Positions 56,373-64,000 of a stretch of DNA of 64,000 nucleotides are shown one piece after another. Under the pieces are notes generated by a model that worked only from the letters and a program-made list of their open reading frames with translations, searched no databases and was not told where the DNA came from. The stretch is from an uncultured Candidatus Saccharibacteria bacterium (GTDB lineage Bacteria; Patescibacteriota; Minisyncoccia; Phycocordibacterales; Phycocordibacteraceae). The number at the start of each line of letters is the position of its first letter. Positions within the stretch are counted from its first letter, which is position 1. The position numbers were made by a program, and so were the translations under genes. The stretch spans positions 55,599 to 119,598 of the forward strand of contig CAYHLC010000001.1 of NCBI GenBank assembly GCA_964357395.1, given 5' to 3'.

Positions 56373-57626
56373 GTGGATACGTACGATGTAATTGTTATTG
56401 GCGCTGGACCAGCGGGGCTCAACGCTGCGCGCGATTTGCAGAAGGGCGGCAAGCGGGTCGTAGTTTTGGAAGCGCGTGGTCGGATTGGGGGTAGAGTGCG
56501 GACCGAAAGGGATCGGGGCATTGTTGAGGCGGGCGCCGAGTTTATACACGGGGAGCATGCAGCAACGTGGGAGATGGCCGAGGAACTGAACCTAAAGACT
56601 GTGACCTGGGGTCCCGAGAATGCCGACTCGTATCGCATATTCGGCAAGGGGGGACAGATACGACACGACACCGATGAGTTGTTTAAGCGGTTTGCCAAGA
56701 GCGATGATGATCTGTGGAAGTATGAGGGTCCGGACGTATCACTCGCAGAGTATTTCAGAAAGTTTAGTACCGACGAGGAGGCTGCCTTTTATAAACTGCG
56801 CGAGATCGCAGACATTGAGACGGCTGACCCGGGGCTACTCTCGGTGCGGAGCATTATCAACGAGGAGCGGCTCGCCACAAATGGTGCACGTAACTTCTGG
56901 ATCACTGACGGGTACTCGACTTTGATGGAGGGCTTTGCGCGTGGGCTTGATATCAAGTTGCGTCACCGCGTCGTGCGTGTTCGGTGGAAAAAGGATTTTG
57001 TCGAGCTTGAGTGTGAGAATGGTGCGCATATCAACGCGGCGCGCCTTGTTATGACGATGCCGATCGGGGTTATGAAGCGCTGCCCACCCGAATTCCTACC
57101 CCTCCTTCCCACTGCGTTTGAGGCTGGCGTACGCGCGATTGGCTTTGGAAATGCAACCAAAATGACGTTCTGGGTGGACGGGCCGATACCGGATTTTCGC
57201 GCCCTTGATACTGCTGGCCTCGTCGGCCATTGGTGGCAACGTCGCTTCGGACCAGAAAACGTTATTGTCGGCTTTAGTGGCGGGACACGTGCAGACCAGC
57301 TTACGCGCATGGGTGAAAAGGAAGCGATATCCGTAGGTATTGCTGAACTCGCCGATGGTCTTGGGAGTGCGATCAAACATATGATAATGCACGCATGCCA
57401 CTTTACCTGGAGTGATGATCCGTACGCATACGGCTCATACTCATTCCCGACCGTCGGTATGGAGGATACCCGGGACATACTTGCTCGGCCGATCGAGGAT
57501 ACGCTCTACTACTGTGGCGAGGCAACCAATACGCGTGGCCACCCCGGCACGGTGCACGGATCTATCGAGGAAGGGAAGCGGGTTGCGCGCGATATTTTGG
57601 CTCTCGGAGACGTGGGGGTACAATAG
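56373..57626 (+). CDS. Flavin-containing amine oxidase family protein
   Basis: 417 aa. N-terminal FAD dinucleotide motif VIVIGAGPAGLNAARDL...VVVLEARGRIGGRV. Confidence 0.8.
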   Translation: MDTYDVIVIGAGPAGLNAARDLQKGGKRVVVLEARGRIGGRVRTERDRGIVEAGAEFIHGEHAATWEMAEELNLKTVTWGPENADSYRIFGKGGQIRHDTDELFKRFAKSDDDLWKYEGPDVSLAEYFRKFSTDEEAAFYKLREIADIETADPGLLSVRSIINEERLATNGARNFWITDGYSTLMEGFARGLDIKLRHRVVRVRWKKDFVELECENGAHINAARLVMTMPIGVMKRCPPEFLPLLPTAFEAGVRAIGFGNATKMTFWVDGPIPDFRALDTAGLVGHWWQRRFGPENVIVGFSGGTRADQLTRMGEKEAISVGIAELADGLGSAIKHMIMHACHFTWSDDPYAYGSYSFPTVGMEDTRDILARPIEDTLYYCGEATNTRGHPGTVHGSIEEGKRVARDILALGDVGVQ

Positions 57627-57630
57627 CAGC

Positions 57631-58095
57631 ATGAGAAAGGTGGGACAGAAGGCCCCGAACTTCAGCCTGCCTGATCAGGATGGCATTACGCACACCCAAG
57701 ACGAGTACAAAGGGGGGTGGCTCCTCATCTACTTCTACCCCAAGGACGACACGCCGGGCTGCACCAAGGAGTCGTGCCAGCTGCGTGACACCTTTCCCTC
57801 GTTCGAAAAGCTGAACGCAAAGGTCATCGGAGTCTCGGCCGATACAGTTCAGAGTCACAAGAAGTTTGCTGATAAGTACAAGCTCCCGTTTACACTCCTT
57901 GCTGACACGGATAAAGAACTGATAGGCGCCTACGGTGTGTGGCAGGAAAAGAAGTTCATGGGGCGCACCTATTTTGGTATCGTCCGCTCGTCATTCCTTA
58001 TTAGCCCCGAAGGCAAGATCGCAAAGATATATGAAAAAGTCATTCCAGAAAAGCACGCCGAACAAGTCCTCGCCGACCTCGCCTCCTTCGCATAA
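57631..58095 (+). CDS. bcp: Peroxiredoxin Bcp (thiol peroxidase, 1-Cys/atypical 2-Cys type)
   Basis: 154 aa from MRKVGQKAPNF. Peroxidatic Cys in PGCTKESC. The annotated ORF 57412.. has a non-coding extension overlapping the amine oxidase gene. Confidence 0.85.
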   Translation: MRKVGQKAPNFSLPDQDGITHTQDEYKGGWLLIYFYPKDDTPGCTKESCQLRDTFPSFEKLNAKVIGVSADTVQSHKKFADKYKLPFTLLADTDKELIGAYGVWQEKKFMGRTYFGIVRSSFLISPEGKIAKIYEKVIPEKHAEQVLADLASFA

Positions 58096-58741
58096 AGCTC
58101 CGGGTGGCCAAAGAAAGCTTTTGGCGCGTAAGATAGTTGCGCATCTGAAGAAGGCGTACCCGGCGCCGAAGACGGAGCTCTTGTACGAAACACACTTCCA
58201 ATTAGTGGTAGCAGTCATACTCTCTGCGCAGTGCACCGATAAGGTGGTCAATCGAGTGACGCACACGTTGTTTCAGAAGTATAAGCACCCACGCGACTTT
58301 GCCACAGCGAGGCACTCAGCTTTCGAGCAGGAGATCTCATCAATCACGTTTTATCGCAACAAGACCAAGCACATCATTGAGGCTGCTAAGCGCTTCAGCG
58401 GCCTTAGCTTTGACGAGCTCGTCGCCTTGCCTGGAGTGGGGTACAAGACCGCACACGTCATCCGGGGCGAGCTCCTCGGCGAGTATGACGGCATACCCAC
58501 GGACACTCATGTAAAGCGCTTTGCTCGTCGATTCGGCCTCACGAAGCATACGGACTTAAAGAAGATCTCCAAGGACCTAGAGGCCCTGGTGCCCAAGCGC
58601 GACTGGAAGTATGTTAATAATGGCCTCGTACTCTATGGTAGATACACCTGCCCCGCGCGTGCCCACGACTGCCGTCAGCATGCGCTTACGCGCATTACGA
58701 AGATCGGCGCTGGCCCACTACAAAAAGTTCGGAAGGCATAG
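58031..58741 (+). CDS. nth: Endonuclease III (HhH-GPD glycosylase with C-terminal 4Fe-4S cluster loop)
   Basis: LVVAVILSAQCTD. HhH LPGVGYKTAHVI. C-terminal Cys cluster CPARAHDC. Start ambiguous: ATG 58031 overlaps bcp by 65 nt; an in-frame TTG at 58121 is an alternative. Confidence 0.75.
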   Translation: MKKSFQKSTPNKSSPTSPPSHKAPGGQRKLLARKIVAHLKKAYPAPKTELLYETHFQLVVAVILSAQCTDKVVNRVTHTLFQKYKHPRDFATARHSAFEQEISSITFYRNKTKHIIEAAKRFSGLSFDELVALPGVGYKTAHVIRGELLGEYDGIPTDTHVKRFARRFGLTKHTDLKKISKDLEALVPKRDWKYVNNGLVLYGRYTCPARAHDCRQHALTRITKIGAGPLQKVRKA

Positions 58742-59447
58742 CCTCCCCTGGAGACAGACACGCGACCCGTACCGCATCTTGGTTTCTGAAGTAATGTTGC
58801 AACAGACCCAAGTTGATAGGGTGGTGCCGAAGTACAACGCGTTTATCAAGAAGTTTCCGACTGCCAAGGCACTAGCGCGCGCCCCACTTACTGACGTTCT
58901 GCGTTTATGGAGTGGGTTGGGGTACAACAGAAGGGCCAAGTACTTGTGGGAGGCAGCCAAGCGCTGGCCCAAAATCCACCGAGGCGAAACCTCGGTGGAT
59001 TTTGAAAGCTTGCCGGGTGTGGGGCCATACACGGCGAGTGCGGTGCGCGTCTTTGCCTATAACGAGCCGCACGTACTGATAGAGACCAACATCCGCACGG
59101 TGTTCCTACACCATCTCTTTCCAAAATCAAAAAAAGTACCCGACTCAAAGTTAGTACCATATATAGTACTGCTGCTGAAGGGCCAAAGGCCGCGCAAGTG
59201 GTACGCAGCACTTATGGACTACGGCTCGTATCTAAAGAAGCTGCATCCCAACCCATCCCGACGTTCCGCAGGTCACAACAAGCAATCAAAATTCAAGGGC
59301 TCTGATCGCGAGATACGTGGCGCCATACTGCGAGCACATCTAAAGGGTGAGCAGCTCTCCAAGTTGCAGTTCGATAGTGCACGCATCAAGGTGCTTACTG
59401 TCGCAATGCGGAAGGAGGGGCTCCTAGCGCGTATCGCGGACAAGTAG
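58680..59447 (+). CDS. MutY-like A/G-specific adenine glycosylase, catalytic HhH-GPD domain only
   Basis: About 255 aa. PWRQTRDPYRILVSEVMLQQTQV is typical of the MutY N-terminus. HhH LPGVGPYTASAV. No NUDIX-like C-terminal domain. Overlaps nth by ~60 nt and the convergent MFS gene by 24 nt. Confidence 0.6.
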   Translation: MRLRALRRSALAHYKKFGRHSLPWRQTRDPYRILVSEVMLQQTQVDRVVPKYNAFIKKFPTAKALARAPLTDVLRLWSGLGYNRRAKYLWEAAKRWPKIHRGETSVDFESLPGVGPYTASAVRVFAYNEPHVLIETNIRTVFLHHLFPKSKKVPDSKLVPYIVLLLKGQRPRKWYAALMDYGSYLKKLHPNPSRRSAGHNKQSKFKGSDREIRGAILRAHLKGEQLSKLQFDSARIKVLTVAMRKEGLLARIADK

Positions 59448-60620
59448 CAATCCGAAGGAGCCGAGGATGATGATGATTCCGAAGGTGAGGAATGCTGCTG
59501 AAAACGGGGCAGTGGCGAGGACTAGGCTTCCGATAAGAGGCGCAAGTATAGCAGCGCCCTGGCGCAAGGTGCGATAAAAGCTGATAAGGTTGCTGTCGCC
59601 CGCATTCACTTGCTTAAAGAAGAACGACTCAGCGGAAATCTCGAGTATGGCGCCACCAATATGGATGAGGACGATGATAGCTCCTATTGCAAATGCGGTC
59701 TCGAAGCCGGACGCGAGTGCGAGGTAGGAGACGCCCGCTATCATGGTGCCGAGGAGCATGAACTCTTTTTCGCCAGTGTAGTGGTCGGCTACCCAGCCGA
59801 TAGGGAGTTGGAAGATAACAAATGGAAGCATGTTGAGAGCAAATATTGTTCCGATGGCACTCCAGCTCCACCCAAGATGGTTGTGGAGGTAGAGCGGAAT
59901 AAAGACCGCGCTCGTGACAAAAATGAGTTGTAGCAGGAACTGCGCTACAACAGCACCGAGGAGTGATCGATTATGCGAGAGTGTCTGAATGGCATCCATG
60001 ATCCGCACCGTACGTGTTGCAACGTGGGGGATGGTGGCATAGTAGTTGAGTGCCAGGTATCCGCAGAGTGCAAATGCTGCAGCAGCGAGGAGGAATACCC
60101 TCCAATAGTCGCCGTTCGTGAGCGTCACTGCAATGATGATAGAGGAGATAAGTACCGCCATGTTGGAGGCAGTAAGGAAGAGGCCACGGGCCATGCCAGT
60201 CGACGTTTCCTCTAGGCCCACTATCTTTTCCAATATGACATCGAGGGCGAGAGCGACTATCCAGCCGGAGACCCACGAGATGATAAAGAAGAGGACTGCC
60301 GTAGTGGCCGTCTCGACGAACGAAAGCATGACGAGCCCAAATGCACCGGTGGCTGCTGCGGCAATCAGAACACGATGTGTGCGGAAGCGAGCAAAGATGC
60401 GCGGTGCTATAAGGAGGAACACCAAGGAGACTGCTGCGGAGAGTGAGAATGCGAGTCCCACCTGATCCTCGGGCATGAACTGCGAGAGGAAGGTGGAGTA
60501 GACGACGTAGGGGATATAGACGCCAAGCGCGCGGAGGAAGTTGCCGACGTAGATCGCGTTCGTGCGGAGTATCTCCTTCACCCCACTAGTATAACCCCGT
60601 GAGATAGGCGAAGCCGCCAT
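59424..60620 (-). CDS. MFS-type transporter
   Basis: 398 aa. 12 predicted TM helices. Loop region after TM2 resembles the MFS motif A. Confidence 0.75.
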   Translation of the reverse strand: MAASPISRGYTSGVKEILRTNAIYVGNFLRALGVYIPYVVYSTFLSQFMPEDQVGLAFSLSAAVSLVFLLIAPRIFARFRTHRVLIAAAATGAFGLVMLSFVETATTAVLFFIISWVSGWIVALALDVILEKIVGLEETSTGMARGLFLTASNMAVLISSIIIAVTLTNGDYWRVFLLAAAAFALCGYLALNYYATIPHVATRTVRIMDAIQTLSHNRSLLGAVVAQFLLQLIFVTSAVFIPLYLHNHLGWSWSAIGTIFALNMLPFVIFQLPIGWVADHYTGEKEFMLLGTMIAGVSYLALASGFETAFAIGAIIVLIHIGGAILEISAESFFFKQVNAGDSNLISFYRTLRQGAAILAPLIGSLVLATAPFSAAFLTFGIIIILGSFGLLLVRDTR

Positions 60621-60650
60621 CTCATGGGGTATATCGCGCGTTAGAGGCGT

Positions 60651-60950
60651 CTAGAGGTGGCCGAAGGCAAAGCCCGGGTTCTGTTTTTCGTGTTCGTCTG
60701 CTGCGACAGTAACGGCGCGGCCTTTGCGCATAAGATTGCCAAGTGCGGCTACGAAGACCGCTGCGGCACCGCCAGGCACCCCGTAGGCGACAGCAGTGTT
60801 AACAGTTTCGCCAAAAGAAATCCATTCCTGAACTACTGCAATTGGCGCTAGGAACGAGAGCACGAGTGCTAGGGCCGCATACCCGGCGATGCCTCCAGCG
60901 CGCCTATTTTCCACCCCTGCCGCCTTCAGTGCTTCAAGCGTGTCTGTCAT
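60651..60950 (-). CDS. Hypothetical small two-TM membrane protein
   Basis: 99 aa. Confidence 0.3.
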   Translation of the reverse strand: MTDTLEALKAAGVENRRAGGIAGYAALALVLSFLAPIAVVQEWISFGETVNTAVAYGVPGGAAAVFVAALGNLMRKGRAVTVAADEHEKQNPGFAFGHL

Positions 60951-61032
60951 ACAACAATACCTACTCGCTGCAATTACCCAAAGTTACACAGCAAACCTGC
61001 CAAAAGTGGGGCCGTCGTGTCTTTCATTGTAC

Positions 61033-61046
61033 TATTCGCGCGAATA
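61033..61046. promoter_or_regulatory. Perfect 14-bp palindrome (candidate operator) upstream of the small membrane protein / MFS operon
   Basis: tattcgcgcgaata equals its own reverse complement. Lies ~85 nt upstream of the minus-strand start at 60950. Confidence 0.3.
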
Positions 61047-61064
61047 ATACTATGAGAGGATAAC

Positions 61065-61090
61065 AAAAACCCGCCGGGAGGCGGGTTTTT
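61065..61090. terminator. Bidirectional-looking rho-independent terminator downstream of rnj
   Basis: aaaaacccgcc-ggga-ggcgggttttt, with A-run and T-run on both sides. Confidence 0.6.
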
Positions 61091-61103
61091 GTGTTCGGGT
61101 TGG

Positions 61104-63164
61104 TTAGACACCAATCAGGACTGGGATGACCATGGGGCGCTTGCTGGTCTTCTGGAAGAGGTAGCGCTCGACGTTATCGGTCAGCTCCTGCTTGACCATC
61201 TCGAGATCGACAGGGTTCATACCCTGCGTCATATCCTCTATAGATTTCTTGACCAACAGGCGTGCTTCGGAGAGGAGCCCCTGCGACTCGCGGAGGTACA
61301 CGAAGCCTCTACTGATAATATCTGGCGATTTCTTGAGCGTACCAGTGCGGAGGTTGACGGTCGCGATGATCACGAACATGCCGTCCGATGAGAGCGCCTG
61401 GCGGTCACGAATGACCACCTCCTGCATATCACCGATAGAGAATCCGTCCACCATCATAGGGCCCGAGGGGATCTTCTCCTTCCTCACGTTCAGCTCCGTG
61501 CCGTTTTTGATCTCGATCACAAAGCCGTTGTCAGGGATCACAACCTTTTCCTTTGGGAAGCCGGCAGCGATCTGCGCATTGGCGTGGTTCTTGAGCATCG
61601 AGTAGTAGCCGTATGCAGGCATAAAGAAGTTCGGGTTGACCTGGTTTCGCATCCAAACGAGCTCGCCCGTGTTGCCATGGCCGGTCGAGTGCACGTCAGA
61701 CGAGCGGTAGTGCACGATCGTGAGACCGTGGCGCAATAGGTTGTCCTTCAGCTTCTGGACCGCCATCTCGTTGCCGGGAATGACGGAAGAGGAGAGGACG
61801 ATAGTGTCGCGCTCGGTAAAGGCGATGTTCTTGTGCTTCTTGGTTGCGATACGCATGAGAGCTGCGTTTTCCTCGCCCTGTGCTCCAGTCGAGATGATCA
61901 CGATCTTGTCGGCTGGGTAGTCGTTGATGGCCTCCTCGGGAATGATGGTGCCTTTCTTGATCTTCAGCATCTCAGCACGCTCAGCGATCTCGATGTTCGT
62001 CTTGTGGGAGCGGCCGACAACAACGATCTTCTTGCCCAGGTTCTCTGCGGCCATAACGATACGGATCACACGCTCGAAGTTTGATGCGAACAAAGAGATG
62101 ATGATACGTCCCTTAACGGTGCGGATGATATCCTCGAGTGTTTGATGTACGCGAATCTCGGGGATGGAAAAGCCCTCGCGCTCCGCGTTGGTCGAGTCAG
62201 CAATGAAAATAATATTCTTGTCGCGACCGAGGTCGCCCCAGACTCGCTTTTCCTTATCTGATGGATCGCCATCCGTGTGTTCGAGCTTGAGGTCGCCAGA
62301 GATAACTATATTGCCGTGCCGGGTTTTGATTGAGAGGCCCATCGCGTCCGGAATCGAGTGAGTGACAGGGAAGGTCTTGACGGTCACTTGTGGGCCGCCG
62401 ACCTTGCCGACCATAACTGCGCCGCCTGGATCGACGACGTGCATGTCGAGCTTTGGCTGGTGAGGGAACTCCTCTTGCCGCTTCAAAATCATGAGACTTG
62501 TGATGAGCTGGGTGTAGATCGGCGGATTGCCGATGCGGTCCATGATGAAGGGGATACCACCAATGTGGTCGAGATGGCCGTGTGTGATGAAGAGCGCGAG
62601 GATGCGATCCTTATTGTCTTCAAGCCACCTTGTGTTTGGAAGGACGTAGTCGATACCCGGGGCGCTGCCCTCGCCGACGAACTGGAACCCAGCGTCGGAA
62701 ATAATAATCCCTTCCGGTAGTTCGAATGCGCACATATTGCGACCCACTTCCTCCACGCCTCCAAGTGGAATGACGCGGATAGTGTCCTGATCGAGTGCAG
62801 GCAGCACGACACGCTCTCGTGCCTCAGCCTCGTTGACTGGGTGGCGTGGCATAACTGGTGGGCGGCGGAAGTGTCCGCGAGCGCCTCCAGGGCCTCCGCG
62901 GCCTCCGCGTCCGCCGCCACGTGCTGGTGGACGTCCGCCTCTGTGTGGGGCTGGATGTGCTCCGACGCCCGAAGGGGTCGGAGTCCCGCCTATTCTGTGC
63001 GTCGGGACTGCTCCGTGTCCGTGTGGAGCAGGACGCGGGCCCTGCCCGTGACCTCCACGACCCCCAGGGTGAGCGGAAAATGGGCGTCGGCGCGGTGGCG
63101 ATCCTGCAGAGTAGGGGCGCCTATGTGGGCCTCCCTCTGGGGTTGCTGATGATGTTGAATCCAT
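61104..63164 (-). CDS. rnj: Ribonuclease J (metallo-beta-lactamase / beta-CASP) with Arg/Gly/Pro-rich N-terminal extension
   Basis: 686 aa. HGHLDHIGG metallo-beta-lactamase motif, beta-CASP region and C-terminal domain. First ~105 aa are low-complexity (RGGGRGGRGGPGGARG). An internal Met at 62852 would give a canonical-length RNase J. Confidence 0.85.
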   Translation of the reverse strand: MDSTSSATPEGGPHRRPYSAGSPPRRRPFSAHPGGRGGHGQGPRPAPHGHGAVPTHRIGGTPTPSGVGAHPAPHRGGRPPARGGGRGGRGGPGGARGHFRRPPVMPRHPVNEAEARERVVLPALDQDTIRVIPLGGVEEVGRNMCAFELPEGIIISDAGFQFVGEGSAPGIDYVLPNTRWLEDNKDRILALFITHGHLDHIGGIPFIMDRIGNPPIYTQLITSLMILKRQEEFPHQPKLDMHVVDPGGAVMVGKVGGPQVTVKTFPVTHSIPDAMGLSIKTRHGNIVISGDLKLEHTDGDPSDKEKRVWGDLGRDKNIIFIADSTNAEREGFSIPEIRVHQTLEDIIRTVKGRIIISLFASNFERVIRIVMAAENLGKKIVVVGRSHKTNIEIAERAEMLKIKKGTIIPEEAINDYPADKIVIISTGAQGEENAALMRIATKKHKNIAFTERDTIVLSSSVIPGNEMAVQKLKDNLLRHGLTIVHYRSSDVHSTGHGNTGELVWMRNQVNPNFFMPAYGYYSMLKNHANAQIAAGFPKEKVVIPDNGFVIEIKNGTELNVRKEKIPSGPMMVDGFSIGDMQEVVIRDRQALSSDGMFVIIATVNLRTGTLKKSPDIISRGFVYLRESQGLLSEARLLVKKSIEDMTQGMNPVDLEMVKQELTDNVERYLFQKTSKRPMVIPVLIGV

Positions 63165-63216
63165 AATTGTATTAATTTTAATTTCTTATCTTTTACTTTT
63201 GATTTATAACTTTTGA

Positions 63217-63984
63217 CTATTTAAAGAGTGGCCAGACTCTCTCCTTTGTGAGGTACCAATCGGTAACTCCGATAAAGCGGTCCGCCGGTGTCGTCATAGT
63301 GGGGAGTGTGATTCCGCGGAGACTCGTCGGTACGAGGTACACAAAGTGTGGTGCGTATAGGAACACTGCGGCATGCTCCTCGGCAATGATCCCCGCAACC
63401 TCCTCGGCTGCAACGCGACGCTCCTCGGGGTCCTCGATAGTGCGGACCTCCTCGAGCATCTTGTCCGCTGTGGAGTTGGCATACATAGCAATGTTGAGGC
63501 CCGGGTCATTGCGCTGGCTGGAGTGCCAGAATGCAAAGAGATCTACATCTCGCCCGATGACCTCTCCGAAGAGGAGTGCGTCATACTTGCGGGGCCTGAT
63601 GATGCTCTGCTGCAAATCGCTCGCCTCAAAGAACTGTGTGGTCACTTCGGCTCCGAGCCCACGCCACGCTTCTGCTACTACCTCAGCAGCGTGCTTCAGC
63701 TCTGGTGCATTGCCTGTTACGAGTGTAAACGTGAGACGCTTGGTAGCCTTGTTTACAACCCTCGCCAGAACGCCGTCCTCGCCGGCACTCCAACCTGCAG
63801 CGGCCAAGCGTTCCTTGGCGCTAGCAAGATGGTCGACGTCTGGCTCATCGCCTGTGTCTAATACCTGCCGTGGAGGGAGTGGCCCCGAAAGCGGAGACCC
63901 ATAACCGCTAACCAGTGTAGCAAGAAGAGCCTTTTTGTCAAGTGCGTCGTCGAGTGCGCCTCGAACTATCTTGTCTGCAAACAA
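63217..63984 (-). CDS. ABC transporter substrate-binding protein, family 5 (peptide/nickel type), C-terminal part; truncated by the window edge
   Basis: 255 aa visible. Typical family-5 SBP C-terminal segment (…NPGLNIAMYANSTADKMLEE…). Confidence 0.65.
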   Translation of the reverse strand: MFADKIVRGALDDALDKKALLATLVSGYGSPLSGPLPPRQVLDTGDEPDVDHLASAKERLAAAGWSAGEDGVLARVVNKATKRLTFTLVTGNAPELKHAAEVVAEAWRGLGAEVTTQFFEASDLQQSIIRPRKYDALLFGEVIGRDVDLFAFWHSSQRNDPGLNIAMYANSTADKMLEEVRTIEDPEERRVAAEEVAGIIAEEHAAVFLYAPHFVYLVPTSLRGITLPTMTTPADRFIGVTDWYLTKERVWPLFK

Positions 63985-64000
63985 CTCGTTCTGGTTTTGG

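Noticed and set aside
62833-63166. Plus-strand ORFs 62833..63051, 62841..63149 and 62858..63166, and other multi-frame ORFs over the rnj 5' region
   Set aside because: Artefacts of extreme GC content (few stop codons in any frame), antisense to RNase J.

Overview
High-GC (~60%), tightly packed, mostly plus-strand bacterial window with a reduced-genome character, consistent with a CPR/Patescibacteria-like organism. Supporting features: truncated PheS/PheT, split transketolase, short EF-Ts, many ATGA-type gene overlaps, weak or absent Shine-Dalgarno sequences, and several apparently leaderless promoters. TGA is a stop codon (standard code). Contents, in order. (1) A complete secretin-less type IV pilus / competence locus: divergent comF, then pilM-N-O, pilB, a CheY-like receiver, pilT, pilC, two tandem near-identical major pilin genes, pilD, and four minor pilin genes. 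(2) ligA and gatCA. (3) A candidate tmRNA with its own promoter and terminator. (4) A glycolysis / non-oxidative pentose-phosphate / ribose salvage cluster: gap, rpiB, rpe-like, split tkt, a histidine phosphatase, and a PfkB kinase. (5) A patatin-like lipase and an FAD-linked oxidase. (6) Between rplY and rpmE, an operon encoding a secreted coiled-coil lytic transglycosylase, followed by a tandemly duplicated two-gene module. Each module pairs a membrane-anchored PD40-like protein with a giant Cys-rich PKD-repeat protein that carries a Ca-binding-like motif and a conserved extreme C-terminal AP[SF]FEE[FI] tail. This is my top candidate for a novel cell-surface system. (7) prfA, rpsB, tsf, tRNA-Thr(UGU), a membrane GT2 glycosyltransferase, pheST, folB, typA, an ABC-F protein, an orphan purD, and a two-component pair. 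(8) An msrB-msrA-corA minus-strand cluster. (9) An overlapping bcp-nth-mutY-like trio, an MFS transporter, and RNase J with an Arg/Gly/Pro-rich N-terminal extension. No CRISPR array, transposase, integrase or rRNA was seen. All family assignments rest on motif recognition by eye; no searches were run.
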